Shown: positions 11,254 through 22,003 of the stretch, piece after piece
Layout of the letters: each line of letters begins with the position of its first letter
How positions within the stretch are numbered: the first letter of the stretch is position 1
IMG/VR virus record: IMGVR_UViG_3300035181_001203
Location: 32,001-96,000 of that record
Reading direction: 5' to 3' (one strand)
Origin: a virus
Length of the DNA stretch: 64,000 nt
Notes under the pieces: generated by a model
Seen by the model: the letters and a program-made list of their open reading frames with translations, nothing else
Told to the model about the DNA's origin: nothing
The model's database searches: none
Translations under genes and position numbers: made by a program

Positions 11254-11628
11254 TTAACTCTTATTAAATTGTCTATTTACTTCAAGAGGATCTAACTTAT
11301 TTTTTGTATCAACAGAAATTCTAAGTTTATCTCCAAATTTAGTAAGATTTTCTCTTGCTTTTTCCATCAAACTTTCATCTTCATCTTTGACTTCAGGGAA
11401 TAAGAATTTAATCATATTCTTTCTAGTTGTTTCTACGCCTTCCTTATTTCCAACCGATGCTTGAGCTTGCATAATATTATATAATAATTCTTTTTTAATC
11501 TCTGTTTTTATTCCTTCTTCTTTCATATACATTAATAAAGGTTTAAACTCATCTGGGCAAAAGTTTAATTGACCTCTAGCAGCTAATAAAGCAATTCGCT
11601 GGCCCCTAGAAGTCTCTAGGAGTTTTTT
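11254..11628 (-). CDS. Tail assembly chaperone, -1 frameshift extension (GT-like part)
   Basis: The frame of track ORF 11254..11532 stays open upstream to the A AAA AAC slippery site at 11628-11622. Confidence 0.6.
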   Translation of the reverse strand, partial: KKLLETSRGQRIALLAARGQLNFCPDEFKPLLMYMKEEGIKTEIKKELLYNIMQAQASVGNKEGVETTRKNMIKFLFPEVKDEDESLMEKARENLTKFGDKLRISVDTKNKLDPLEVNRQFNKS

Positions 11629-12113
11629 AGTGCTTGCTCACTATTAAAAGCTTTTGATGTAAGAGTAGCAAAAACCATAAGCCATTTAGAAATCTCACGA
11701 ACATTATCTTCGTTGAGTTCTTCAATAAAACTAATTCGTTCTTCAATTGAGCCTTGAGAAACTTGTGTAGTATTATTCTGGATCTTTATACGAACAAGCT
11801 GTAATGCAATATTGGTATTTTTAGTATATGTATCAATAATGGCGCGAGAAGTATCTTCATGATCTTTTGTAAATTGTCGAACAAGATCATACCCTAAAAT
11901 TCTTTCCTTTTCAGAGATTGTTGAATAAGTTAAATAATAAAGATCTTTAAATACTTCAAAGGTTTTTGTGTAAGTGCCTAGTGTAAGAATTTGAATAAGA
12001 ATATCTTTTAATTCATCAATATTAGTTGTATAAAGAACTTTCCCTTCATAATCCTTTATTTCAAAAAAACTATTATCAACTTTTGCTTCTTGACTTTCGA
12101 CTAGCTCTGCCAT
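11616..12113 (-). CDS. Tail assembly chaperone (G-like)
   Basis: Ends CTA AAA AAC TCC TAG; sits two ORFs upstream of the tape measure gene. Confidence 0.6.
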   Translation of the reverse strand: MAELVESQEAKVDNSFFEIKDYEGKVLYTTNIDELKDILIQILTLGTYTKTFEVFKDLYYLTYSTISEKERILGYDLVRQFTKDHEDTSRAIIDTYTKNTNIALQLVRIKIQNNTTQVSQGSIEERISFIEELNEDNVREISKWLMVFATLTSKAFNSEQALKNS

Positions 12114-12135
12114 ATGGCCTCCTAATGTTATTATA

Positions 12136-14061
12136 TCATGATTGTGCAGGGATGAAACCCCACTTTGCTTTTAAGAAAAATAAAGATATAGATTTGCCAG
12201 GGTAGTATCCCGAAAAATGAATATTATTTACTTTTTTAACATCGCCTGAAATTCTTACACTTAAACTCCAATTATGGCATCTAATTTGTTCTCCAGCATG
12301 AGGTATTTTATTTATAGATGATGCTAAATTATATTTTTGTAGAGTACAACTATTTAGCTTTATATATTTTCTAACCTGCGTATCAAATGCATCAGTTCGA
12401 TAACTAATACCATCTGCAACTGTTTGTGCTGGAATAGTAACTCCAGTAGTAGGAACTATATATGCTGCCCACGTAAATATAGGATTATTTAAAATAACTC
12501 CAGTAGAAGAATCAATTTTAATGCTACCGTCAATATCTCCAGGGGGCGCAGTTATTGTGTTTGTAAACGTCCATGCTCCAGTAGCATCTGGAATAAAATC
12601 AGTAACAGTAAAATCTGCGTCTGTCAATATTTTTACTTTAACAACTCTATTTGTAATATCAAGAACCTTAAAAAGTAGCGGAAATGGAACTATTGTTGTT
12701 CCTTGAACCCAAGTAAATGTTAAAGGTTTTTGAGTAATGGGATTTATATAATAATAAGAACTTCCAATCTGAATATCTGAAACTTTTGTAATATCTGTTA
12801 AATATAAACCAAAAGTTCCGTCACCATTATTAATTAATTTATTATAATCAAAAGTTTCTTTACCATAGTTATAATAAGATCCAATTACTCTAGTTGTCAC
12901 AGAATCATTTGGGCCTAATGCATCGCCACGAGCAACAGCTCTAACAATAGTTTCACCATCATTAATAGATAAATCAAAAATTAAATTAACATCAGGCCCA
13001 AGTCTATAATCTAATCCAGCAGAAATTAATCCATCTGGTCCATCTGGAACTACTATATAGCCTTCTTCAGTTCTAGAGGCGATTGTTACAATCATTCCAG
13101 AATTAGGATCAAAATTCTTTGCCATCTCATTTAATCTAGGAATAACAACAAAATCATCATCAATATTACAATCAAATATTCCACCTGAATTTGTAAGACT
13201 CCAATTAAAAGATGATTCTTGGGTATCGGTATAAATAAAATCAGATAAAAAATCATCAGGTATAGTTTTTGCTGATGCTAAACTAACCTGTAATGCACCC
13301 TTAACAGATTGATAATAAAGGAATGAATTGATTCTATTTCGTAATAATGTTAATCCTATGTTTAATTGCATTTTAATACGTTTACCCGAATCTAATAATG
13401 TAGTTGTAGCTTTATTGGCTTCAGCTATTGCATTTTGTAATTCTACTACAGCACCTAAAAGATCAAAAATATCTGTTGATTGTTGAAGTTGAGAAAATAC
13501 TTCTTTACCACAGATTGCAATTAAGTAATTAGCGTTAGTTTCAACAAGCATCATATGTTTTAATTCTGTAATTTGAGATTCGAGTTCATCAATTTTCTGA
13601 ATAATAGTTACAATCATTTCATTAATAGAAGCTATGTAACTATTGATTAAGTTGTTAACATTAGTTACTACTTGTGTATAACACTTTGCAGCATCATAAA
13701 CTTCTTTAATTAAACTTACAGCACCAGCAGCTAATTTTTTATCTTTTGAATTCTCTGGTCCCATTGCTTGAAATTTTGTCTTAATTTCATTCATTGCAGC
13801 AATTTTAAAGTTATTTAATCCATCAATAATTGGTTGTAATGTTACGATTCCTAATCCCTCATTCATATTAAATTCATCTGAACGAGTCTTTGGATATTGA
13901 CATAATTGTTTAGGAATATATGGCTTAAAATTTCTACGACCAGCCTGAATATTGTTTAAGATACTTTGCGTTAATTGTGATTGAGTAGCTACTGGCCCAA
14001 GCTTTGAGTCTAATAAGCTAATTGTATCATTAAGTATAGTTTTATTTTCTACTTGTTTCAT
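12136..14061 (-). CDS. Virion protein with N-terminal coiled coil and C-terminal beta region
   Basis: 641-aa ORF in the structural operon. Confidence 0.45.
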   Translation of the reverse strand: MKQVENKTILNDTISLLDSKLGPVATQSQLTQSILNNIQAGRRNFKPYIPKQLCQYPKTRSDEFNMNEGLGIVTLQPIIDGLNNFKIAAMNEIKTKFQAMGPENSKDKKLAAGAVSLIKEVYDAAKCYTQVVTNVNNLINSYIASINEMIVTIIQKIDELESQITELKHMMLVETNANYLIAICGKEVFSQLQQSTDIFDLLGAVVELQNAIAEANKATTTLLDSGKRIKMQLNIGLTLLRNRINSFLYYQSVKGALQVSLASAKTIPDDFLSDFIYTDTQESSFNWSLTNSGGIFDCNIDDDFVVIPRLNEMAKNFDPNSGMIVTIASRTEEGYIVVPDGPDGLISAGLDYRLGPDVNLIFDLSINDGETIVRAVARGDALGPNDSVTTRVIGSYYNYGKETFDYNKLINNGDGTFGLYLTDITKVSDIQIGSSYYYINPITQKPLTFTWVQGTTIVPFPLLFKVLDITNRVVKVKILTDADFTVTDFIPDATGAWTFTNTITAPPGDIDGSIKIDSSTGVILNNPIFTWAAYIVPTTGVTIPAQTVADGISYRTDAFDTQVRKYIKLNSCTLQKYNLASSINKIPHAGEQIRCHNWSLSVRISGDVKKVNNIHFSGYYPGKSISLFFLKAKWGFIPAQS

Positions 14062-14063
14062 AA

Positions 14064-14435
14064 TTATATTCTTCTTTTAAAGAGTAAAATATTGTTTTTA
14101 GTATCTATACCCATACATATAGCAATATATTTATCATCTTCTGCCAAATCTAGAATACCATTTTTAACGGTTAAGTTGCAATTTTCTGTATATACACTAG
14201 TTTTATTATATTGATCTGTTCCAGCTTCATAGTATCCAACAATAATGAAAAGATTTGATACAGGTGCCCTTTGATTTAAATTATACACTTGTTCTACTGG
14301 TTTAGACATATCAGGAGCAATAATAGCTTCTTCATTTTGAATTTGAATCCAACTTCCTATATCTGGAATAGTTGTCATTTTATTTTTTAAAATAACATTT
14401 ATTATTCTATGTTGATTTGTGAATATCTGTAACAT
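14064..14435 (-). CDS. Hypothetical structural protein
   Basis: ORF in the structural operon. Confidence 0.45.
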   Translation of the reverse strand: MLQIFTNQHRIINVILKNKMTTIPDIGSWIQIQNEEAIIAPDMSKPVEQVYNLNQRAPVSNLFIIVGYYEAGTDQYNKTSVYTENCNLTVKNGILDLAEDDKYIAICMGIDTKNNILLFKRRI

Positions 14436-14443
14436 ATTATTCC

Positions 14444-15436
14444 TTATATGAATATAGCTTTTTGTATTTGTCTATATCTAGTATTATAAACATATAGATT
14501 TGTACCGGAAGATGCTATCATAGCAATATCATCATCATTATTTATGATTTTCGAAATATTATTTACAAGGTCTATAGAAATTAAATTAGTCCAACTTGTC
14601 AATACATAAATTACACCATTTGAATCAACACATAAAGAATATAAATCATTATTTAAAATGGTTGCATCTATAGTTCCAACAACATCATTTTGATAATTAG
14701 GGGGTGTTTGAGTTCCAACAACGACCTCTACAGTGTTTGTACTAGGTTTATATCTTCGTATTTGTGAGTTAAGAGTGAAATATATCCAATCACCAACAAC
14801 ACCATTATAAGCAAGACAATATGCAGTATTACAAATAACCTCAGATGTATATTTAAGTGTTAAAGTTCCGGTTGTAGTTAATTGCCATATTTCTAAATAA
14901 CTACTTTGATTAATTACCGTAATATAAAAATTTCCATCTGAATAAAAAATAATACCACTACACCATTTTCCACCCGTATCAGCAACTTGAGTTAAAACAC
15001 CAGAAATTACTCTATAAATTTTTCCGGTACTACCTCCATCACAACAATATAAGTTATTATTCGTATCAAAAGCAATTCCACCTATTGATGGTAAATCATT
15101 AACAATAGTTGTTTCTATATTATTTAAAATTTTTGCTATAGAAGAACCATCACTTAAATAAAAAGCATTATCAATATTATTAAAAATAAAAGCCCAAGGA
15201 TACATATAAGAAGAAGAAGCAATATATATAAATGTAATAACACTAGTTGTAGATGTACCATTTTTATTTACTCTAAAATTTATAGAATTATTAATTATAT
15301 CACAAACTCTAATATAATATGTTCCAGTATATGGTAATATATAATCACCAATTGAACGTGAATATTCTGCTATTACATTTAATGAACTGTCTAATAAATA
15401 GTACATCATTCTAATCCCCCTTCTTCCCCTCCCCAT
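14444..15436 (-). CDS. Beta-propeller (NHL/Vgb-like) protein, possibly the C-terminal part of the upstream gene
   Basis: Repeated blades GIAFDTNNNLYCCD, GIIFYSDGNFYIT, SLCVDSNGVIYV; overlaps the upstream ORF by 31 nt. Confidence 0.6.
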   Translation of the reverse strand: MGRGRRGIRMMYYLLDSSLNVIAEYSRSIGDYILPYTGTYYIRVCDIINNSINFRVNKNGTSTTSVITFIYIASSSYMYPWAFIFNNIDNAFYLSDGSSIAKILNNIETTIVNDLPSIGGIAFDTNNNLYCCDGGSTGKIYRVISGVLTQVADTGGKWCSGIIFYSDGNFYITVINQSSYLEIWQLTTTGTLTLKYTSEVICNTAYCLAYNGVVGDWIYFTLNSQIRRYKPSTNTVEVVVGTQTPPNYQNDVVGTIDATILNNDLYSLCVDSNGVIYVLTSWTNLISIDLVNNISKIINNDDDIAMIASSGTNLYVYNTRYRQIQKAIFI

Positions 15437-18400
15437 CCTGATTGTACATAAATAGTAATATCATCATGAACAGTTCCATTAAACTGATACAATTTATAAT
15501 GATTTCCAAGAACTACAGGGCACGGAGGATCCGTAGAAACAACCTTATCAATAACATTTTGACCATAAATTATAGATGTAGCAGTACCTATTGGATTTAT
15601 AGTTAAATTAAACGTATTAATTATTCCATTATATGTAACCGTCAATGTATAAGTAGTACTTACGGTAGGATTGACTGTCACAGATCCATTATTTAAAATC
15701 GGAATATCTCCAGGGGTTATGACGCCTGTTCCAAAATTAAATTTAGCTGTTAAAACTATAGGATCACCTGGATTTATAAAAGTATTACTACTTGCTGTAA
15801 ATGTTGCTTTTAGATTTAATGTAATTGGAATTACATTTGTATCTATTGTATCCGTTCCTAAAGTAACAATTGCATACCAGTTTCCACTCATAGTTGCCGT
15901 AATTTTGTTATACCCATTTACTATTGGAACATTCTCAGGCATTAAAATAGCAGTTGCACCAACTGGCATACATATATACACATTTATAGTATCGCCATAA
16001 TAAATTGGATTAGAAGTATCAATAGAAAAATCAATAATACTAGCCTGTATAGTTTGAGTCATTATTGTTGAGTTATCATTTACTACAAGTTTAAATGATG
16101 TTAATGTTAAACCTGGAAATTGAGATGGAATATCAATTGTTAATGTATTAGATAAAATTAATAATGCATGATCAGACTTACCATTTACATAAATATAAGA
16201 TAATTTATTTTTAACAAAATCACTAAATGTCAAAGTAAATATACCCGTTGTATTAAGCATCGGAGTATAATTAAAAATTAAATCATCAGAAATTGTTAAT
16301 GGTAAAGTTACAACTTCTACCCCTGGATTCAAAACAACTACTGGATCTATCCAAAATGGACTACTCCCTGGAGTTGTATCAACATCATATAATTTATAAG
16401 GAAAATAAACTGGAGTAATACCACCATATATAACTGGTCTATTATAATTATCTCTACCATATTTTGCCGGAATTTCAGGAAGAACATTTCTCAAAGGGAT
16501 ATTGACATCTAAATCCGTAAAAATATCTATATGGACTAACTGAATACCTGTTTGATCATAATAAGTTTTTGAAATAACCAATTTAAAGTATAAGTATTTA
16601 ACAGTATTAGTTATAAATATTGGCATATTATCTAACATACCTGAATCAACTAATGATATATTTATAGTTTCTATTAAATTCCATAATAAACCATCAGAAG
16701 ATCCATAAATACCAAACTGCGAAATACTAGCAGAATAATATTTTAATCTAAATCTAATTCCTTGAATAATTGCTGGAGTTTTAAATTTAAATTGATAAAA
16801 AACACAATTAGGATCTGTTAAATCGTAATTCATGCTTGATGCTATATTTACATAAATTGGATAAGAATATGAACTATCATCAGCATACGTTATAAATAAT
16901 TCTCTTAAGTTTGACTTAATTAAAGAACCCATATAATCTACTTTTGTTGGATCAGCCACCCCATTATTAAAACCAGATGTTAATATGGGTCCAGCATATA
17001 ATACTCTACCTTTAATTCGAGAATCTATATCTGGGATAGGTTCTGTTCCACTATAACTAATCTCAACACTTACATTATCTATTCGCGGTATTTCCTGTAT
17101 AACCCTATTATAACCACCAGCAATATATAAATCTACAATTCCATCATGAATATATACAGATAAATTTGCTCCATATCTTGCTCCCTTACTTAGAGGTCCA
17201 TAAATAACAGTTTTGTTATTAATTATATCATAAATTTCATAATTTTCTCCACCACAAATTGCAATAAGACCAGGTTTATTAATCCCTTCAAGTTTTACAC
17301 AACTTGCATGTAAATGGCCAAATTTAGTATTTCCAATACTAGATATAGAACAACTTTTTTTGTCATCACTCACAACGACTTTATATATTTTATTAGAAAT
17401 AGGAGCATTCATCCAAGTTCTCGGACAAGTTGTTGCTCCACCAAAAATTAAAAATGTATTTAAATCAATTTGAATACAAGTAGATCCATATAATCCAACA
17501 GGCAAATTACCTATACTTCTCATTTCTAATGTCGTTTCATCAAACAAATGAATACTATTAGAAATAGTTTCAGTTTTATATGGAATATACGTATAATTAC
17601 TACTTGTATTTATTTTATATAATGGTGCAGATATTCCAGAAACAGCAACAAACCAACCTTTAGCAGTTGTATATCCTCTTATGGGGGTTTCGCATGCGGG
17701 ATTTGGAGTAAATGGTGGCATTCCCGGATCATTCCAATCAGTATCACCACTACATCTATATGTAGCATCACTCCACCCTTTAGTATCATTATCATAAGTT
17801 GCCGGATAAATTTTTACAACGCCAAAAACAGGAGTGGGTCTAGCATACTTCCAATAAAAAGAATTATTAGTTTGATAAGGAGTAGAACCATATATTATAT
17901 GACCTTGATATACAACTTGTGCATCTGCACTACCGCCACACGAATTACCTCCACAAATATCATAATATTCGTTTTCTGTAATATCTCCATCACTTAATTG
18001 CATTTTTTGATCAACTTCAATTTCTGCTGTTTGTAATGTTGAATATGCTCCACCTATAAATACCGTGCACGTATCTAATTTAACTTTACTTGGATTATAT
18101 GGAGTATCAAAAAATTCATTATTCTTTGGCATTAACCCTTTTTTAACAAATTTGAAACCATCGTATAATTCCCAAAAATGATTTACTTTAACTATTATAT
18201 CAATACTACGAATACTATTAATTAAATAAAAATTTTCACCAATAGTTGAAAAATTACCACAAGCATTACCAAATGGATTATTATTACTTGCATCTGGTGG
18301 AAACATTATATATTGAAATCGTACCTGGTTAGAATAAATATCATATATATTAGTAGATCCATCTATAATTTTATAATCTGAAATATATGTAATATCCTGA

Positions 18401-18765
18401 TACCCATTATTATAAGTTGAATAAATAGCTTTAATGTATTGTTCTTTAACAGTTATACTACCAAGGCTTTTACCAAAAGCTGAAAAATCTAACCAAAAAC
18501 TAGCAGGCGTCGGAAGATTATTATTTTGTTGATATGGAGTCCATCCATCCCACAACGTATAATCAGAATATGTTATTTGAAAAGTTACACTGTCACCTGG
18601 ATATGTAATATTATAAGAAAAATAAAACTTTGCTAGTGCATTTGCTTCAAAATGAACTGCTGATATATCCTGACGATAAACAATACTACTTAAAGTTCCT
18701 TTAAATCCATAAATCGCCTGGCTTGTCGAACTGATGTTATGAGATAATAAAACATAATTTTTCAT
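15406..18765 (-). CDS. Large tail-associated protein with Kelch-like, discoidin-like and Ig/PKD-like domains
   Basis: Kelch GG motifs (FLIFGG, IAICGG, LYIAGG), FGIYGSSDGLLW...YLYFKL, SVTVNPTVSTTYTLTVT. Confidence 0.65.
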   Translation of the reverse strand: MKNYVLLSHNISSTSQAIYGFKGTLSSIVYRQDISAVHFEANALAKFYFSYNITYPGDSVTFQITYSDYTLWDGWTPYQQNNNLPTPASFWLDFSAFGKSLGSITVKEQYIKAIYSTYNNGYQDITYISDYKIIDGSTNIYDIYSNQVRFQYIMFPPDASNNNPFGNACGNFSTIGENFYLINSIRSIDIIVKVNHFWELYDGFKFVKKGLMPKNNEFFDTPYNPSKVKLDTCTVFIGGAYSTLQTAEIEVDQKMQLSDGDITENEYYDICGGNSCGGSADAQVVYQGHIIYGSTPYQTNNSFYWKYARPTPVFGVVKIYPATYDNDTKGWSDATYRCSGDTDWNDPGMPPFTPNPACETPIRGYTTAKGWFVAVSGISAPLYKINTSSNYTYIPYKTETISNSIHLFDETTLEMRSIGNLPVGLYGSTCIQIDLNTFLIFGGATTCPRTWMNAPISNKIYKVVVSDDKKSCSISSIGNTKFGHLHASCVKLEGINKPGLIAICGGENYEIYDIINNKTVIYGPLSKGARYGANLSVYIHDGIVDLYIAGGYNRVIQEIPRIDNVSVEISYSGTEPIPDIDSRIKGRVLYAGPILTSGFNNGVADPTKVDYMGSLIKSNLRELFITYADDSSYSYPIYVNIASSMNYDLTDPNCVFYQFKFKTPAIIQGIRFRLKYYSASISQFGIYGSSDGLLWNLIETINISLVDSGMLDNMPIFITNTVKYLYFKLVISKTYYDQTGIQLVHIDIFTDLDVNIPLRNVLPEIPAKYGRDNYNRPVIYGGITPVYFPYKLYDVDTTPGSSPFWIDPVVVLNPGVEVVTLPLTISDDLIFNYTPMLNTTGIFTLTFSDFVKNKLSYIYVNGKSDHALLILSNTLTIDIPSQFPGLTLTSFKLVVNDNSTIMTQTIQASIIDFSIDTSNPIYYGDTINVYICMPVGATAILMPENVPIVNGYNKITATMSGNWYAIVTLGTDTIDTNVIPITLNLKATFTASSNTFINPGDPIVLTAKFNFGTGVITPGDIPILNNGSVTVNPTVSTTYTLTVTYNGIINTFNLTINPIGTATSIIYGQNVIDKVVSTDPPCPVVLGNHYKLYQFNGTVHDDITIYVQSGWGGEEGGLE

Positions 18766-21677
18766 TAGGATAAAACCTCATATCCGGTTGTAACATTACA
18801 TATCATTGGATACATAATACCATTAGAATCAAAACCATCTACGTTAGGATCAAATCCACTATTAGGAACAAATACACGAGTATATAATATAGTTATTGAA
18901 AAATATTCTACATTTGAAACATTTGGAGTAGATATTTTAATTAAATTATAAGCATATGGAGAGGGAGAAGCAGGATTCGTCGTAAAATCTTCACCACTTA
19001 TATATAAAATATCTGAGCATGGTGGAACTAATGTTTTTGTATCTAAAATTGTTGTATATGTATTATCAGAATAAATATTAATTAATATAGAATAAAGTGA
19101 ATTTGGTAAAATTATAGGTCCATTAATAGCACTTAAATTAGCTTTATAAAGATTAGAAACCATTATATAACTACCATTTGTACTGAAAAAATATTCTTTA
19201 TTTAATTCAAGAAATACATTCTCAGTAATAGCAAAAGCTGACTGATTGTTTGTTCCAGGGGTGTCATAGCCACATACAGCGTATGGATTAATCTTCATTC
19301 CATCTGATCTCATAACTATATACTCTTCTAAAACAGTAATATCAATATTAGTATTGTAATAATAATGACATTCAATCTTATGCAATACGTTTGGATTTAA
19401 TTGTACAGGTAGATCACTTAATTTAACATAATCAAAATAACCGCTTGTTATAGACTGATATTCTCCATCATGTCCAAAATAATTAAATAACAAATTATTT
19501 GCAGTAGTATCCATTAATCGTACGTATGCAGTTTTAGGTATTTCGATACCATCAACAAAAGTTTTTGTTGTATATGTCCATAGTTGATCATTATCTCCAA
19601 TTAGTGATGGACTAAGTGTTGTATCTGGCATTCTAATATATCCGGGCCATCTTAAAGGCCACGACGATAATGGTGCGCTGCTATAATTAGACTTAAATAA
19701 ATATTTTAAACTATCTGAATAAGATAATTCATTATATATAAATGGAACTTTAGTAACTGGATTATCGAATCTTTTATATCCAGTTGTATATAAAGTATCT
19801 GTCGTATATAATGAATTTGTTCCAACAACTGAAGCTTCTTCAATATCTAAAGAAACAGTATATGGTGTATTGTTGATATCATAACCACTATCTAATATAA
19901 AATAAAATCCTGCATTAAAATTCAACGCAGCTTGTAACGAAGAGGATGCATCTGTTAAATTTTTAACATTATTATTAATATTTAAATTTGTCGCATTAAT
20001 TATTGCTTGAATAATATATGTTCCATTAAAAAGAAAGTAATTACTATCTAAAGTTAAATCATCATTAATAACGCAATATGATAGATTGTTAAAAACTTGC
20101 TTCCCTTTCATGTAAATTATATAACCTTTAAAATTATTTAAGCTTGTTACTTTTAATTTAACTATTTTTTTATAAAAATTATCATGTTGATAATTAAACG
20201 GAGTAGATTTATTAACTTGTAAAGCTGAATCAAAAGTTGTTCCACCTAAAACGTTAGTATTTTTAATAAAATTCATTGTATATTTATGATAATAATTCTT
20301 ATAAATATACCCTGAACCAAGATATTCAGTATTTATATTAAACACAAGTTGATATTTACCTTCTATAAACACATTCAATTTATCAAGATTTATAAATGTA
20401 TTATGATAAATTCTTTCTGAAGCAACATAAAAGTTATGACTATTTATATAATTAGGAGAACCAATTGGTGCATCAACACTCAATAAAGTATAACTATCTA
20501 TTCTAAAAATATATGTATTAAAACAATTTAAAATTAAATTTCCATTAAATCTTGAACTATATTTTGTGTTTCCACCATCTAAAATATTATTATGTAGCCT
20601 ATAAACAACCGCAAGATAAGATTTTTCTCCACAATAAAAATTCTGGTCAACGCATTGTATATAATTAATAGTTTCGAACAAATTTGGGCTTATTTGATTA
20701 TAATAAACTTTCTTAATTGAGACTATTTCAACATAAATACAACCATTATTATCAATCATTCCATAATGCATTTCAATATTATGACTACTATTTATATAAA
20801 AACTAAGACTATCACTTATTGTATCATCCTGAATAACATTATTAACATAAATATTTAATTTTAATGTATGTAAACTATTTATTGATAAATTAGAAATTAA
20901 TGATGTTAAATCAATTTTACCTTCATAATTTGTAGAATAAACAGGAGCTACAGTTGTTGCTACACTATCTATAACAACTTCTATTTTAGTAATACTATTT
21001 TTATCTAACGTGTTAGAAAACAATCTAAGAGTTAAAATATTTAATAAATCTTTTTCTAACCAATATGATACTACGAATAAATCTGGTAGTGTTGAATCTG
21101 GGAAAGGTAATGTTACATTATCGGTATTCCTGTTTAATAAACTTACTGATGTTTTATTATTTCCTTCACTCACATCTGAAGATGATGAATTTATAGGTTG
21201 TAATTCTGAAATATCATTTGCTCCATAAAATTTTACAATGGTTGAACCATTATCTGCTAATCGCTGATTAACTGGAACTAATTGTGGATTTAAATCTGTA
21301 GAAATAATACTTATATGACCACTATTAATATTTCCAATAACATTATAAACATATTGATATCCATTCCATATTGTCGAACCACTTGGTAAATTAATGGCTA
21401 TTGTCGCATAACATGAATTATTATTACATACAATATTATAGGCTATATCAATATTATCTCCAACATATTGTTGGAATTTTGTAGCATAATCATTATATGA
21501 TATGTTATTATTAAGATATTGAATATTATATGATGTTAAACCATTTATTACTGATGTATATAAATCTTGATATTGATCAAATGGAGTTGAATCATCTAAT
21601 GTTGTATAGAAATAGTTACCATTATTAAAATAGTTATTTGGTAATAAATACCCATCATAAGCAATAAAAATACTCAT
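18765..21677 (-). CDS. Large N/Y-rich virion protein of unknown function
   Basis: 970-aa ORF coupled to its neighbours. Confidence 0.5.
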   Translation of the reverse strand: MSIFIAYDGYLLPNNYFNNGNYFYTTLDDSTPFDQYQDLYTSVINGLTSYNIQYLNNNISYNDYATKFQQYVGDNIDIAYNIVCNNNSCYATIAINLPSGSTIWNGYQYVYNVIGNINSGHISIISTDLNPQLVPVNQRLADNGSTIVKFYGANDISELQPINSSSSDVSEGNNKTSVSLLNRNTDNVTLPFPDSTLPDLFVVSYWLEKDLLNILTLRLFSNTLDKNSITKIEVVIDSVATTVAPVYSTNYEGKIDLTSLISNLSINSLHTLKLNIYVNNVIQDDTISDSLSFYINSSHNIEMHYGMIDNNGCIYVEIVSIKKVYYNQISPNLFETINYIQCVDQNFYCGEKSYLAVVYRLHNNILDGGNTKYSSRFNGNLILNCFNTYIFRIDSYTLLSVDAPIGSPNYINSHNFYVASERIYHNTFINLDKLNVFIEGKYQLVFNINTEYLGSGYIYKNYYHKYTMNFIKNTNVLGGTTFDSALQVNKSTPFNYQHDNFYKKIVKLKVTSLNNFKGYIIYMKGKQVFNNLSYCVINDDLTLDSNYFLFNGTYIIQAIINATNLNINNNVKNLTDASSSLQAALNFNAGFYFILDSGYDINNTPYTVSLDIEEASVVGTNSLYTTDTLYTTGYKRFDNPVTKVPFIYNELSYSDSLKYLFKSNYSSAPLSSWPLRWPGYIRMPDTTLSPSLIGDNDQLWTYTTKTFVDGIEIPKTAYVRLMDTTANNLLFNYFGHDGEYQSITSGYFDYVKLSDLPVQLNPNVLHKIECHYYYNTNIDITVLEEYIVMRSDGMKINPYAVCGYDTPGTNNQSAFAITENVFLELNKEYFFSTNGSYIMVSNLYKANLSAINGPIILPNSLYSILINIYSDNTYTTILDTKTLVPPCSDILYISGEDFTTNPASPSPYAYNLIKISTPNVSNVEYFSITILYTRVFVPNSGFDPNVDGFDSNGIMYPMICNVTTGYEVLS

Positions 21678-22003
21678 TGTACAATAGTCCTAAAAAATGC
21701 ACCTGTTATACCATTATTTAATACTAGTGTTGGTAAGACAATTGGCTTATAAGCTATAATTGGCTGTGTAATGTATATATTCGTTTCATATTGTGAAATC
21801 ATGCCATTTGAATTATCTTTAACAGATAATAAAATATGTTTTACACCTAAAGAATCAAATTTAACATAAATTTTTCTACCAGTAAGCGTAATTATATTAA
21901 GATGATCTAAATTTATTTGCCATGAATAACTATAATTTGCATTATGCTTAACTAAATCGTTAGCTATTAATAAAACTTTTGAAAATTGTGGAAAATATCT
22001 CAT
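21674..22003 (-). CDS. Small PKD/Ig-like structural protein
   Basis: YSYSW...F...GVKHILLSVKD...G pattern. Confidence 0.45.
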   Translation of the reverse strand: MRYFPQFSKVLLIANDLVKHNANYSYSWQINLDHLNIITLTGRKIYVKFDSLGVKHILLSVKDNSNGMISQYETNIYITQPIIAYKPIVLPTLVLNNGITGAFFRTIVQ

